A model generated the notes under the pieces. That model ran no database searches and was not told the origin of the DNA. It worked only from the letters and a program-made list of their open reading frames with translations. A DNA stretch of 64,000 nucleotides, taken from contig JAGHJD010000078.1 in the NCBI GenBank assembly GCA_017886895.1, forward strand, positions 10,355-74,354. The letters run 5' to 3'. This document shows positions 38,509-47,370 of this stretch, piece after piece (position 1 is the first letter of the stretch; each line of letters begins with the position of its first letter). This DNA is from Clostridia bacterium. Its GTDB lineage: Bacteria; Bacillota; Clostridia; Christensenellales; Borkfalkiaceae. Both the position numbers and the translations under genes were made by a program.

Positions 38509-38613
38509 GAGAGAATATGAAAAAAGTTTTGGGTGGACTGATTTGTTTTGTGCCCTTATTATAGCGCGCAAATATGTTTATTGTATGAAAACAAAATGAA
38601 CAATACAAAAATT

Positions 38614-40146
38614 TTACTGTGAATATTTAGTGCAGATCGCTTCCGCCGCGCGGATGCCGTCTGCGGCGGAACTTGTAATACCGCCCGAATAGCCGCAGCC
38701 CTCTCCGCACGGATACACGCCGCGCATGCTCACGCTCTCCAGAGACTCCCCGCGCAGAAGGCGCACGGGCGAAGAAAAGCGCGTCTCCACCCCCGTCAAA
38801 AGCGCATCGGGCGAAGCAAACCCCTGTAATTTTTCATCCATATCGCGCAAAGCGCCCTTCATCCCTTCTGCGACCCCGGGCGGCAGGAGCGCGTTCAGAT
38901 CGCAGAACGCCGTACCCGCGGCATAGGTGGGGAGAACTTCTCCGAACACCCCCGAAACGCGCCCGCGAAGAAAATCTTCTGCCCGCTGCACGGGCGCGGC
39001 ATACGTCCCGCCCGCCGCGCGGAAAGCGGCGCGCTCCAGGGTCCGCTGGAACGCCACGCCGTCCAGCACGTTCCCCCTGTAAAAATCCTGCAGCCCGACG
39101 GACACAAGCAGCGCGCTGTTCGCGTTCCGTTCCGCACGGGCATATTCGCTCATGCCGTTCGTGACGACGCCGCCCTCCTCGCTTGCCGCGGGGATGACCA
39201 CGCCGCCCGGGCACATGCAGAAGGTGAACGCCGTCCGCTCTCCGAGCCGCGCCACGAGCTTGTAGTCTGCAGGCGGAAGAAGAGCGGCTGCCTCGCCGTA
39301 CTGCGCATGCGAGATGCGCTCCTGCAAGTGTTCGATGCGTGCGCCGACGGCGAAGGGGCGCGCTTCCATCGCAAACCCGCTCTCCGCAAGCATCGCAAAA
39401 GTATCGCGGCTGCTGTGCCCGATCGCAAGCACCACTTCGCTCGCGGGCAGCTCGTATAACTCCCCCTTCTTCAGATCGCGCAGCCGTACGCCGCGCACTT
39501 CGCCGCCCGACAGCACAAACTTTTCAAAGCGGGTGTTGAACAGCATCCGCCCGCCGTTTTGCAGGATATGCTCCCGCATGGCAATCAGTACGCCGCGCAG
39601 TTTGTCGCTGCCGATATGCGGTTTATTCAGATAGGCGATCTCCGCGGGCGCGCCGAAGCGCACGAACGTATCCAGCACTTCGCGGTTGCGCGGGTCTTTC
39701 GTCTGCGTATTCAGCTTGCCGTCCGAAAAAGTTCCCGCGCCGCCCTCGCCGAACTGCACGTTGCAGTCCGTATCGAGCGCGCCACCCGCAAAAAACGCCG
39801 CGTTCTTTGCGGTGCGCTCCTCCACCGTCCCGCCGCGCTCGACGAGAACGGGAGCAATGCCGCCCGCGATCAGCCGCAGGGCGCAGAACAGCCCCGCAGG
39901 CCCGCTCCCCACCACCACAACGGAGCGCGGCTGTCTCTTCACCTGTTCATGCCGATACGCGGGGACTGCTATCGGTCTCCTGTCCGCCTCGATGCTGTAG
40001 ACCCAGCGGATATTTGATTTATCGCGCGCGTCCAAAGATTTGCGGAGTATGCGGATATGCGCCGCGCAGTGCAGTTTGCGCGCCGCGATCTCCTTGAGTT
40101 TTTGCTCGTTCTCCCCGAGGGAGAGTTTTATATTGTCTATCCGCAT
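38614..40146 (-). CDS. Uncharacterized FAD-dependent oxidoreductase
   Basis: GSGPAGL, NVQFGEGGAGTFSDGKL, FCMCPGG, GEG.GYSGGITS. Confidence 0.88.
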   Translation of the reverse strand: MRIDNIKLSLGENEQKLKEIAARKLHCAAHIRILRKSLDARDKSNIRWVYSIEADRRPIAVPAYRHEQVKRQPRSVVVVGSGPAGLFCALRLIAGGIAPVLVERGGTVEERTAKNAAFFAGGALDTDCNVQFGEGGAGTFSDGKLNTQTKDPRNREVLDTFVRFGAPAEIAYLNKPHIGSDKLRGVLIAMREHILQNGGRMLFNTRFEKFVLSGGEVRGVRLRDLKKGELYELPASEVVLAIGHSSRDTFAMLAESGFAMEARPFAVGARIEHLQERISHAQYGEAAALLPPADYKLVARLGERTAFTFCMCPGGVVIPAASEEGGVVTNGMSEYARAERNANSALLVSVGLQDFYRGNVLDGVAFQRTLERAAFRAAGGTYAAPVQRAEDFLRGRVSGVFGEVLPTYAAGTAFCDLNALLPPGVAEGMKGALRDMDEKLQGFASPDALLTGVETRFSSPVRLLRGESLESVSMRGVYPCGEGCGYSGGITSSAADGIRAAEAICTKYSQ

Positions 40147-41357
40147 ATCTTCTCCGCGATCGCATCGGCGGCGCATGCGCCGCTCGAAAACGCCCATTGC
40201 AGATTGTACCCGCCGCACTCGCCGTCCACGTCGCACAGCTCGCCCACGATATAGAGCCCCGCAGCTTTTTTGCTCTCCAGCCGTGCAGTGAGTTCTTCCA
40301 TGCGCACGCCCCCTTTCGTGGCCTGCGCCTTCTCAAACCCGAGCGTTCCGAGCACGGGCAGCGCATATCCCTTGACGGCGCCCGCCAGCTCTGCAAGTTT
40401 TTTTTGCGCCTGCCCGGCAGGCATCTGCAACGGGATGGAGCACGCCTGCAAAAGACAGCGCGCAAGCGCCCCGCTGACGATGCAGCGCAGCAATTCCCCG
40501 CAGGGAAGTGCGGGCATGCGCGCCGCTTTTTCCGCAAGCAGACGGACGAGCATGTCCTGCGAATGGTCCGGCAAAAAATCAAGCCGAAGGAGGTCTCCTT
40601 CCGCACAGAATGCCGAAAGACGAAACGCCGCGTCACCGCTGAGCGTTCCGTCGCCGAAGAGCACGTCGCCGCGCGTGCGTGCGCTCTCTTTCCCGCCACG
40701 CAAAAGAGCGGCAGCGCACTCGCAGCGCAGCCCCTTCAGCCCTTTTATGAGATTTTTATCCGTCTTCAACTGCACGAGGGAAGGCCGCAGCGGCGTGACC
40801 GTGTGTCCGAAACTTTCGGCGAACGCATAGCCATCCCCCTCTGTGCCGAGGTAGGAAGCCGCTTTGCCGCCGCAGGCGAGCACGAGCGCTCGGGCACGAT
40901 ATTCCGCCGAGGCGGTCTGCACCGCAAAACCGCTGTCGGCGCGCCTGACCCGAACGACCTTTTCGCCCGTCCGCACCGCAACTTCCCGCTCTGCCAGAGC
41001 GAAACGGAACAGGTCTGTCACCGCGGACGCCTGCCGCGAGGCGGGATAGACCCTGCCCGCCCCGTCCGCAGCGAACAGCCCGCCGAGCGAGGTGAACTCT
41101 CCGACGAGCCACTTTTCGTCATACTGTTTTAAGACGGCGGCAACGGTCTCCCGTCCCGACCCGAAATAATGCCGCGCGGACATATCGGTATTCGTCACAT
41201 TGCCCTGCCCGTTCCCCGTCACGGAGAGCTTGCGCCCGACGCGGTCGTTGCGCTCGAGCAGCAGAACATCCCGAACGCCGCGCTCCGCCAGGCGGAGCGC
41301 GCACATCAGACCGGAAGCACCGCCTCCTATTACGACCGTATCAAAGATTTTTTTCAT
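40137..41357 (-). CDS. HI0933/YhiN/BaiN family flavoprotein
   Basis: GGGASG, GRKLSVTGNG.GNVTN, GRVYP, DVDGECGGYNLQWAFSSG. Confidence 0.9.
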   Translation of the reverse strand: MKKIFDTVVIGGGASGLMCALRLAERGVRDVLLLERNDRVGRKLSVTGNGQGNVTNTDMSARHYFGSGRETVAAVLKQYDEKWLVGEFTSLGGLFAADGAGRVYPASRQASAVTDLFRFALAEREVAVRTGEKVVRVRRADSGFAVQTASAEYRARALVLACGGKAASYLGTEGDGYAFAESFGHTVTPLRPSLVQLKTDKNLIKGLKGLRCECAAALLRGGKESARTRGDVLFGDGTLSGDAAFRLSAFCAEGDLLRLDFLPDHSQDMLVRLLAEKAARMPALPCGELLRCIVSGALARCLLQACSIPLQMPAGQAQKKLAELAGAVKGYALPVLGTLGFEKAQATKGGVRMEELTARLESKKAAGLYIVGELCDVDGECGGYNLQWAFSSGACAADAIAEKICG

Positions 41358-41390
41358 ATGACCCCCGAATGCCGTCTTGTCACGCAAACG

Positions 41391-41473
41391 ATTGTAATAC
41401 TTTTTGACGGAGTTGTCAATTTTTCTTTGAAAATTTGCAAATACTTGACTTTTCCCGCATTTTGTATTACCAT
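41391..41473. promoter_or_regulatory. Divergent sigmaA promoters
   Basis: Minus: TTGACA-17-TACAAT (41419-41391); plus: TTGACT-17-TACCAT (41445-41473). Confidence 0.6.
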
Positions 41474-41504
41474 TTAGACAAATCAACAACCAAAGGAGAC
41501 AGGT

Positions 41505-42581
41505 ATGGACAGGGTCCTGGAATGGGTCGCCGAAAACCCCGTTTATGCGGGCATCATCATTGCGGCAGCCGTCATCATCATCGTATTGGTGATCCTGCTG
41601 ATCGTGCGCGGCGTAAGGAAATCAAAAAAACAAGCCGATTCAAAACAGAACGCAGCCGATGAAAACGAGGCGGCGCCCGAGTCTCCCGCAGTATCCGACG
41701 ATACAGCGGACGAGGCGCAGGCGGCAGACGCCGTTTTGGAGGAAGAACCTTATTCGGCAAGCGGTTATTCCGCCCCCGCGGACGAAGCTCCCGCCGCCTT
41801 AACGGAACAGCCCGAACCTTTGCCGGACGAAACAGACACTGCCGCCGAAGAAAGCGAGCAGCAACCCGCCCCCCTGCCCGAAGCCGCAGACGAAGAAACA
41901 CAGGCAGACACCGCGCCCGAAGAGACGCATGCCTATACCGCGGCAGACGCGGAACCGACCGACGCGGAAGAGAGCGCCGCACCCGCAGCGCAGGAAGCCG
42001 CCGAAGAGAGCACGGCTGAAACGACAGCGCCCGCGTCGGAAGCGAGAGAGATCTCCCAAGAAGAAAACGAAGGCGGCTCCGCACAGGCAAAAGATTCCCC
42101 CGCGAAACAACCCTCCGCAAAAGAACGGCAAAAAACGCCGAAGCAGAAAACCGCAGAGCCCGCAGAAAAGAAGAGCGCTTCAAGATCCGCAAAAGCGACG
42201 GCAAAACAGGCAGAAGAACCTGAAAAACGGAATCCTTACGCCGGCAAATGGCTGATCTTCAAAAACGAGGACAAGAGCTGTTATTTCGAACTGCGCGCCT
42301 CAAACGGCGAAAAGCTGCTGCGCAGCCTCGATTACACCTCCCTTTCGGGTGCGAAAGCGGCGATCAAAACCTATAAAAACAACATTGCAAAGGGCAATCT
42401 CGCCATCGCACAGTCCAAGACGGGGCACTTCTATTTCCAGCTTCTGAGCGGCTCGAAACAACTCCTCTGCACGGGGGAGACGTACTCGACGCGCGGCGCA
42501 TGCGAAAGCGCCGCCGAATCGGTCAAACGCTTTGCCGAGACCGCCGTCGTCACCGTCGCGGCAGACGAGCCCGCAGAATAA
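41505..42581 (+). CDS. Membrane-anchored protein with disordered linker and tandem DUF1508 (YegP-like) domains
   Basis: N-terminal TM, A/E/P-rich linker, YFELRASNGE.L..S..Y and FYFQL.......GETY repeats. Confidence 0.8.
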   Translation: MDRVLEWVAENPVYAGIIIAAAVIIIVLVILLIVRGVRKSKKQADSKQNAADENEAAPESPAVSDDTADEAQAADAVLEEEPYSASGYSAPADEAPAALTEQPEPLPDETDTAAEESEQQPAPLPEAADEETQADTAPEETHAYTAADAEPTDAEESAAPAAQEAAEESTAETTAPASEAREISQEENEGGSAQAKDSPAKQPSAKERQKTPKQKTAEPAEKKSASRSAKATAKQAEEPEKRNPYAGKWLIFKNEDKSCYFELRASNGEKLLRSLDYTSLSGAKAAIKTYKNNIAKGNLAIAQSKTGHFYFQLLSGSKQLLCTGETYSTRGACESAAESVKRFAETAVVTVAADEPAE

Positions 42582-42599
42582 AGATCATTACAACGGCAA

Positions 42600-42635
42600 C
42601 GGCGCCTCCCGCATCGCGGGAGGCGCCGATCGTTT
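42600..42635. terminator. Terminator hairpin between convergent genes
   Basis: CGGCGCCTCCCGC-atc-GCGGGAGGCGCCG followed by atcgTTTT. Confidence 0.65.
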
Positions 42636-42687
42636 TGTGCCGCATCTGTCCGAAACGGAGAGGCGCGGCGCGGAAAAACCGATACTC

Positions 42688-43974
42688 TTACTTCTTGGGC
42701 AGAATCTTCTCCTTGCCGCCCATATACTTCTGCAGCACGGGCGGGATATTGACGCTGCCGTCCTCGTTAAGGTGGTTTTCGAGCAGGGCGATGAGCATGC
42801 GCGGGGGCGCGACGACGGTGTTGTTGAGCGTGTGCGCAAAGGCATTGCCCTTCTCCGTCTTATAGCGGATCCCCAGCCTGCGCGCCTGCGCGTCGGTGAG
42901 GTTGGAGCAGCTCCCCACTTCAAAGTATTTCTCCTGCCGCGGGCTCCATGCCTCGACGTCGACGCTCTTGTATTTGAGGTCGGCAAGGTCGCCCGAACAG
43001 CACTCCAGCGTGCGGACGGGCACGCCCATGGAGACGAACAGCTCGACCGTGTAGGAGTACAGCTTTTTGAACCACTCCCCGCTCTCCTCGGGCTTGCAGA
43101 TGACGATCATCTCCTGTTTTTCAAACTGGTGGATGCGGTAGATGCCGCGCTCTTCGATGCCGTGCGCCCCTTTCTCCTTGCGGAAGCAGGGCGAATAGCT
43201 GGTGAGCGTCAGCGGAAGCTGTTCGGCGGGGAGCACGGTGTTCATGAACCTGCCGATCATCGAGTGCTCGCTCGTACCGATGAGATACAGATCCTCGCCC
43301 TCGATCTTGTACATCATGCCGTCCATCTCTTCAAAGGACATGACGCCCGTCACGACGTCGCTGCGGATCATATACGGAGGGATGACGTAGGTAAATCCCT
43401 TGTCGATCATAAAATCGCGCGCATACGTGAGGACTGCGGAATGCAGCCGCGCCACGTCGCCCAAAAGATAGTAAAAGCCCTGCCCGCTCGTACGGCGCGC
43501 ACTGTCGAGGTCGATGCCTTCGAGTCTCTCTAAAATATCGAGATGATACGGCACTTCGAACGGTTTTTTCACGGGCTCGAGGAACCGCTCGCGCTCCACG
43601 TTCTCGGAGTCATCCCTGCCGATGGGCACGTCGTCCGCAATGATGTTGGGGATCGCCATCATATCCTTTCTGAGCTTTTCGGCGATCTCTGCCGCCTCCG
43701 CCTCGATCGCGGAAATGCGCTCGTTGTTTTCCACTACCTCCGCTTTGACGCGCTCCGCCTCGGCAGTGTTCTTTTCGCGCATGTATTTCCCGATCTGCGC
43801 GCTCAATGCGTTCCTCTTTGCGCGGCGCTCGTCGCCTTCCCGCTGCAGGGCGCGGCGGCGCTCGTCCAGCGCGAGCACTTCGTCCACGAGCGGGAGTTTC
43901 TTATCCTGAAATTTCTTTCTGATATTCTCGCGCACCGCGTCGGGGTTTGCGCGCAGAAAATTGATGTCGATCAT
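42688..43974 (-). CDS. serS: Seryl-tRNA synthetase
   Basis: N-terminal coiled coil, GTSE, FRKEKG..G...RGIYRIHQFEK, SCSN, HTLN. Confidence 0.97.
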   Translation of the reverse strand: MIDINFLRANPDAVRENIRKKFQDKKLPLVDEVLALDERRRALQREGDERRAKRNALSAQIGKYMREKNTAEAERVKAEVVENNERISAIEAEAAEIAEKLRKDMMAIPNIIADDVPIGRDDSENVERERFLEPVKKPFEVPYHLDILERLEGIDLDSARRTSGQGFYYLLGDVARLHSAVLTYARDFMIDKGFTYVIPPYMIRSDVVTGVMSFEEMDGMMYKIEGEDLYLIGTSEHSMIGRFMNTVLPAEQLPLTLTSYSPCFRKEKGAHGIEERGIYRIHQFEKQEMIVICKPEESGEWFKKLYSYTVELFVSMGVPVRTLECCSGDLADLKYKSVDVEAWSPRQEKYFEVGSCSNLTDAQARRLGIRYKTEKGNAFAHTLNNTVVAPPRMLIALLENHLNEDGSVNIPPVLQKYMGGKEKILPKK

Positions 43975-44004
43975 GCGAGTCCTCCGAAATTTGTTTCGGA
44001 TAAT

Positions 44005-44033
44005 ATTGTAAACCAAATGCGCGCATTTTGCAA
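44005..44033 (-). promoter_or_regulatory. sigmaA promoter of serS
   Basis: TTGCAA-17-TACAAT on minus strand. Confidence 0.65.
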
Positions 44034-44127
44034 TAATTTCCGCGGGCTGGTAAAAAATAATCGGCGATATTTTCCCGCAATGCGCAACACTTCTGTGTGC
44101 CTTGAACAAAATAATAAAATAAAATGT

Positions 44128-44156
44128 TTGTGTTCGGGCATAAACTATGATATAAT
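44128..44156 (+). promoter_or_regulatory. sigmaA promoter of the P-type ATPase
   Basis: TTGTGT-17-TATAAT with TGn extension. Confidence 0.6.
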
Positions 44157-44217
44157 ATATCTGATCGCATGACGCGCTGTGAAGTTCCCTTCGCAGACGC
44201 ATCTTTTTGGAGTTCCT

Positions 44218-47200
44218 ATGCAGGATAACAAACAACTCCCGAGCGGCAGTAATACGGAAAGTGCTGCCGTCCCCCGCCCCGACGGGCAGGCTGGCGCAGT
44301 GCAGCCGACGACGCAGCAGCAAGCTGCGTCCGGCTCGTCGCGCAAAAAAAACGCTCCGAAAAACGGGTCGGCGCAGAGCGGTACGGGTTCGCGGAAATCC
44401 GCCGTAAACAATTCCGCCGCAACAAATTCATCGCAAAGCGGCACTGCGAAGCGCACCCCGAAAAGCACTTCCGCCGCAGACAAAAAGACAGGCAGCAGCG
44501 CAAGCGGTGCAACTATCGCAAAATCCGCCGCAAACAAAAAGGCGGGCGGCGTTGCAAACGGCGGCGCTGCGGCAAAAACCTCAGCAAAAAGAACTGCGCC
44601 CGCCAAAAAGAATCTTGCCAAACCCTCTTCGCAGCAGGAGCAGACAGCCGATACGCCGAACACAAAACAGACGGGTATCGCAAAGAGCGTGGAGCGCATC
44701 GTGCAGGAAAAGATCGCTGAAGAAAATTCTCCTGCCGACACGCAGACGCAGGACAGAGAACTTATCCGCAAGCAATTCAAAAAGCACAGGGCGAGCGTCC
44801 CCTCCTATTCGCAGGTCAAGCGGTACAACAGCGACCCCGAACAGGGACTTACGGACAGCCAGGTCAACGAGCGGTTCTCGCAGTTCCTCTTTAACGATAC
44901 GAACCAGAAGTATTCCAAATCGTACGCGAGCATTTTTGCAAGCAACCTGTGCACCTTCTTCAACCTGCTGTGCGCGCTCGCGGCGGCGGCGCTCATCTAT
45001 TCGGGCGCGGGGCTCTCGCAGTTCCTCTTCGTGCTCATCTTTGCGCTCAACCTCTCCTTCGGTATCGCCATGGAGATCAAGGCAAAGCGCAAGATCGACA
45101 AACTCTCGCTCCTGAACGTGCCCACCGCAAAGGTGATGCGAAACGGCGAAGTTGCGGAGATCCCCGCAAAAGACATCGTGCTGGACGACATCGTCCTGCT
45201 CGGGCTCGGCAATCAGATCCCAGCCGACTGCATCGTGGCGCAGGGCTCCGTCGAAGTCAACGAATCCCTCCTCACGGGCGAGTCCGTTCCCGTCAAAAAG
45301 GAGGCGGGCGACCAGCTCTTTGCGGGGAGTTTCGTGACGGCGGGCAACTGCCGCGCACGGGCAGACAAGGTGGGCAAGAACACCTACCTCAACTCCCTCT
45401 CCGCAAAGGCGAAAAAGTACAAAAAGCCGAAATCGGAACTGATGCGCTCGACGAAGCTCGTCATCATGATCATCGGCATCCTCATCATCCCCATCGCGAT
45501 CGGCATGTTCTTCATCAACTGGAACAACTTCGATCCTGCGCTGAGCGACCTGACGCAGCTCAACGACACGATCCAGCGCACCGTCTCCATCGTCATCGGC
45601 ATGATACCCTCGGGCATGCTGCTGCTTACAAGTATCGCGCTGACGCTGGGCATCATCCGCCTGATGACGCACAACACCCTCGTACAGGACCTGTATTCGC
45701 TGGAGATGCTCGCGCGCGTGAACGTGCTCTGCCTCGACAAGACGGGCACCATCACCGACGGGCGCATGAAGGTCAACGACTGCATGCTGCTGAACAACCC
45801 GACCGAATATTCGGTGAACGAGATCGTGGGCAACTGTCTGTACGCCTTGCAGGACAACAACCAGACCTCCATCGCGCTGTACAACTACTTCGGGCACAAC
45901 ACCTCGCTGCATGCGACCGCGACGCTCCCCTTCTCGTCCAAGCGCAAGCTCTCCGCCGTGACCTTTGAAGAGATCGGCACCGTCGCCATCGGGGCGCCCG
46001 AATTCGTCCTCGGCACCATTCCCGCGAAGATCAACAAAATCATCAATCAATATGCCTCCATGGGGCTGCGCGTGCTCGTCGTCGCGCATGCGCCCGCCTC
46101 TATCACGGGCGACGCGCCCCCCGCGGGACTCAAACCCATTGCGATCGTCTCCATTGCGGACAATATCCGCGAGGACGCGGCACAGACCATCCGCTGGTTC
46201 AAAGAAAACGACGTCGCGATCCGCATCATCTCGGGCGACAACCCGCGCACCGTCTCGGAAGTCGCAAAGCGCGTCGGCGTCGCGAACGCGGAGAAATATA
46301 TTTCTCTCGAAGGTTTAAGCGATTCTGAGGTCGCCTCCGTCGCCAACAAATATACCGTGTTCGGGCGCGTCACGCCCGAACAGAAGGCGATCCTCGTAAA
46401 GGCGATCAAAGCAGAAGGAAACACTGTCGCCATGACGGGAGACGGCGTAAACGACATCCTTGCGCTCAAAGAGGCAGACTGCGCCGTAAGCGTCGCGTCG
46501 GGGAGCGAGGCGGCGAAGAACGTCAGCCATATCGTCCTTCTGGACAACAACTTCTCCTCCATGCCGAAGGTCGTCTTCGAGGGGCGCAGGGTCATCAACA
46601 ATATCCAGAACTCCTCGTCGCTGTATCTGATGAAGACGCTGTTCATCACCGTGTTTGCACTCATCTCCATCATCTTCAACCAGGCATACCCCTTCAAGAC
46701 AAACAACCTGATGATGCTGGAGTTTTTCGTCATCGGCGTGCCGAGTTTCTTCCTCTCTCTGCAGCCGAACAGAGACCGCGTGCAGGGCAGGTTCATGCCG
46801 ACGGTATTGGCACGAACAGTGCCGTGTGCGATCGTGCTGATCCTTGCCGTGGAGAGCATACAGCTTGTTTCGCTGTTGCAGCCCTCGTATTTCAATGCGG
46901 CAAACACCGACGAAATTTCCATCATCATCATCACGTTTGCGGGGCTCGTGATGCTCTTCCGCGTCTGCCAGCCTTTCAATCTGTACCGCGCCGTCATGTT
47001 CCTTTCGATGGTCGCCGCCTGTATCCTGAGCGTGACGCTGCTGCCCTTCATCTTCTTTGAAGAAGGCTATCCGACGCCGCTGCTCGGGTTCGTGCAGTCA
47101 CTGTACGCGATCGTCGTCGTGCTGCTCTGCTTCCCCCTGTCGGACGTCCTCACCCGCCTTACGGAACGATTGCGCGGCATCAAAAAGAAGCAGCCTAAAA

Positions 47201-47220
47201 TGCTTTCCAATTTCCGATAG
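44218..47220 (+). CDS. CtpE-like cation-translocating P-type ATPase with long basic low-complexity N-terminal extension
   Basis: TGES, DKTGT, SGDN, GRVTPEQK, GDGVND; TM4 reads PSGM; first ~160 aa S/A/K/T-rich. Confidence 0.88.
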   Translation: MQDNKQLPSGSNTESAAVPRPDGQAGAVQPTTQQQAASGSSRKKNAPKNGSAQSGTGSRKSAVNNSAATNSSQSGTAKRTPKSTSAADKKTGSSASGATIAKSAANKKAGGVANGGAAAKTSAKRTAPAKKNLAKPSSQQEQTADTPNTKQTGIAKSVERIVQEKIAEENSPADTQTQDRELIRKQFKKHRASVPSYSQVKRYNSDPEQGLTDSQVNERFSQFLFNDTNQKYSKSYASIFASNLCTFFNLLCALAAAALIYSGAGLSQFLFVLIFALNLSFGIAMEIKAKRKIDKLSLLNVPTAKVMRNGEVAEIPAKDIVLDDIVLLGLGNQIPADCIVAQGSVEVNESLLTGESVPVKKEAGDQLFAGSFVTAGNCRARADKVGKNTYLNSLSAKAKKYKKPKSELMRSTKLVIMIIGILIIPIAIGMFFINWNNFDPALSDLTQLNDTIQRTVSIVIGMIPSGMLLLTSIALTLGIIRLMTHNTLVQDLYSLEMLARVNVLCLDKTGTITDGRMKVNDCMLLNNPTEYSVNEIVGNCLYALQDNNQTSIALYNYFGHNTSLHATATLPFSSKRKLSAVTFEEIGTVAIGAPEFVLGTIPAKINKIINQYASMGLRVLVVAHAPASITGDAPPAGLKPIAIVSIADNIREDAAQTIRWFKENDVAIRIISGDNPRTVSEVAKRVGVANAEKYISLEGLSDSEVASVANKYTVFGRVTPEQKAILVKAIKAEGNTVAMTGDGVNDILALKEADCAVSVASGSEAAKNVSHIVLLDNNFSSMPKVVFEGRRVINNIQNSSSLYLMKTLFITVFALISIIFNQAYPFKTNNLMMLEFFVIGVPSFFLSLQPNRDRVQGRFMPTVLARTVPCAIVLILAVESIQLVSLLQPSYFNAANTDEISIIIITFAGLVMLFRVCQPFNLYRAVMFLSMVAACILSVTLLPFIFFEEGYPTPLLGFVQSLYAIVVVLLCFPLSDVLTRLTERLRGIKKKQPKMLSNFR

Positions 47221-47233
47221 AACACCCTTCATT

Positions 47234-47269
47234 GCAGCGGAGCCGACGGCTCCGCTGCTCTTATTTCTT
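47234..47269 (+). terminator. Terminator after the P-type ATPase
   Basis: GCAGCGGAGCC-gac-GGCTCCGCTGC followed by T-rich tail. Confidence 0.65.
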
Positions 47270-47271
47270 GA

Positions 47272-47339
47272 TATAGTTAAAATCTATGAGTATAAATAAA
47301 AATTAAGTGTTTTCCTATTATAAAAAAATGTGATATACT
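47272..47339 (+). promoter_or_regulatory. MtaR/MetR-type LysR box and extended -10 promoter of metE
   Basis: TATAGTTAAAATCTATG (47272-47288) resembles the streptococcal MET box TATAGTT-N3-AACTATA; TGaTATACT at 47331-47339 with poor -35. Confidence 0.6.
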
Positions 47340-47370
47340 GTTACAAATCTCAAAAAAGGAACTGACCATC

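Noticed and set aside
31289-44322. Upstream-extended starts in the ORF track (31289, 35150, 36931, 40236, 41489, 44322)
   Set aside because: The extensions run through promoters or neighbouring genes; downstream starts with RBS and family-typical N-termini were used instead.
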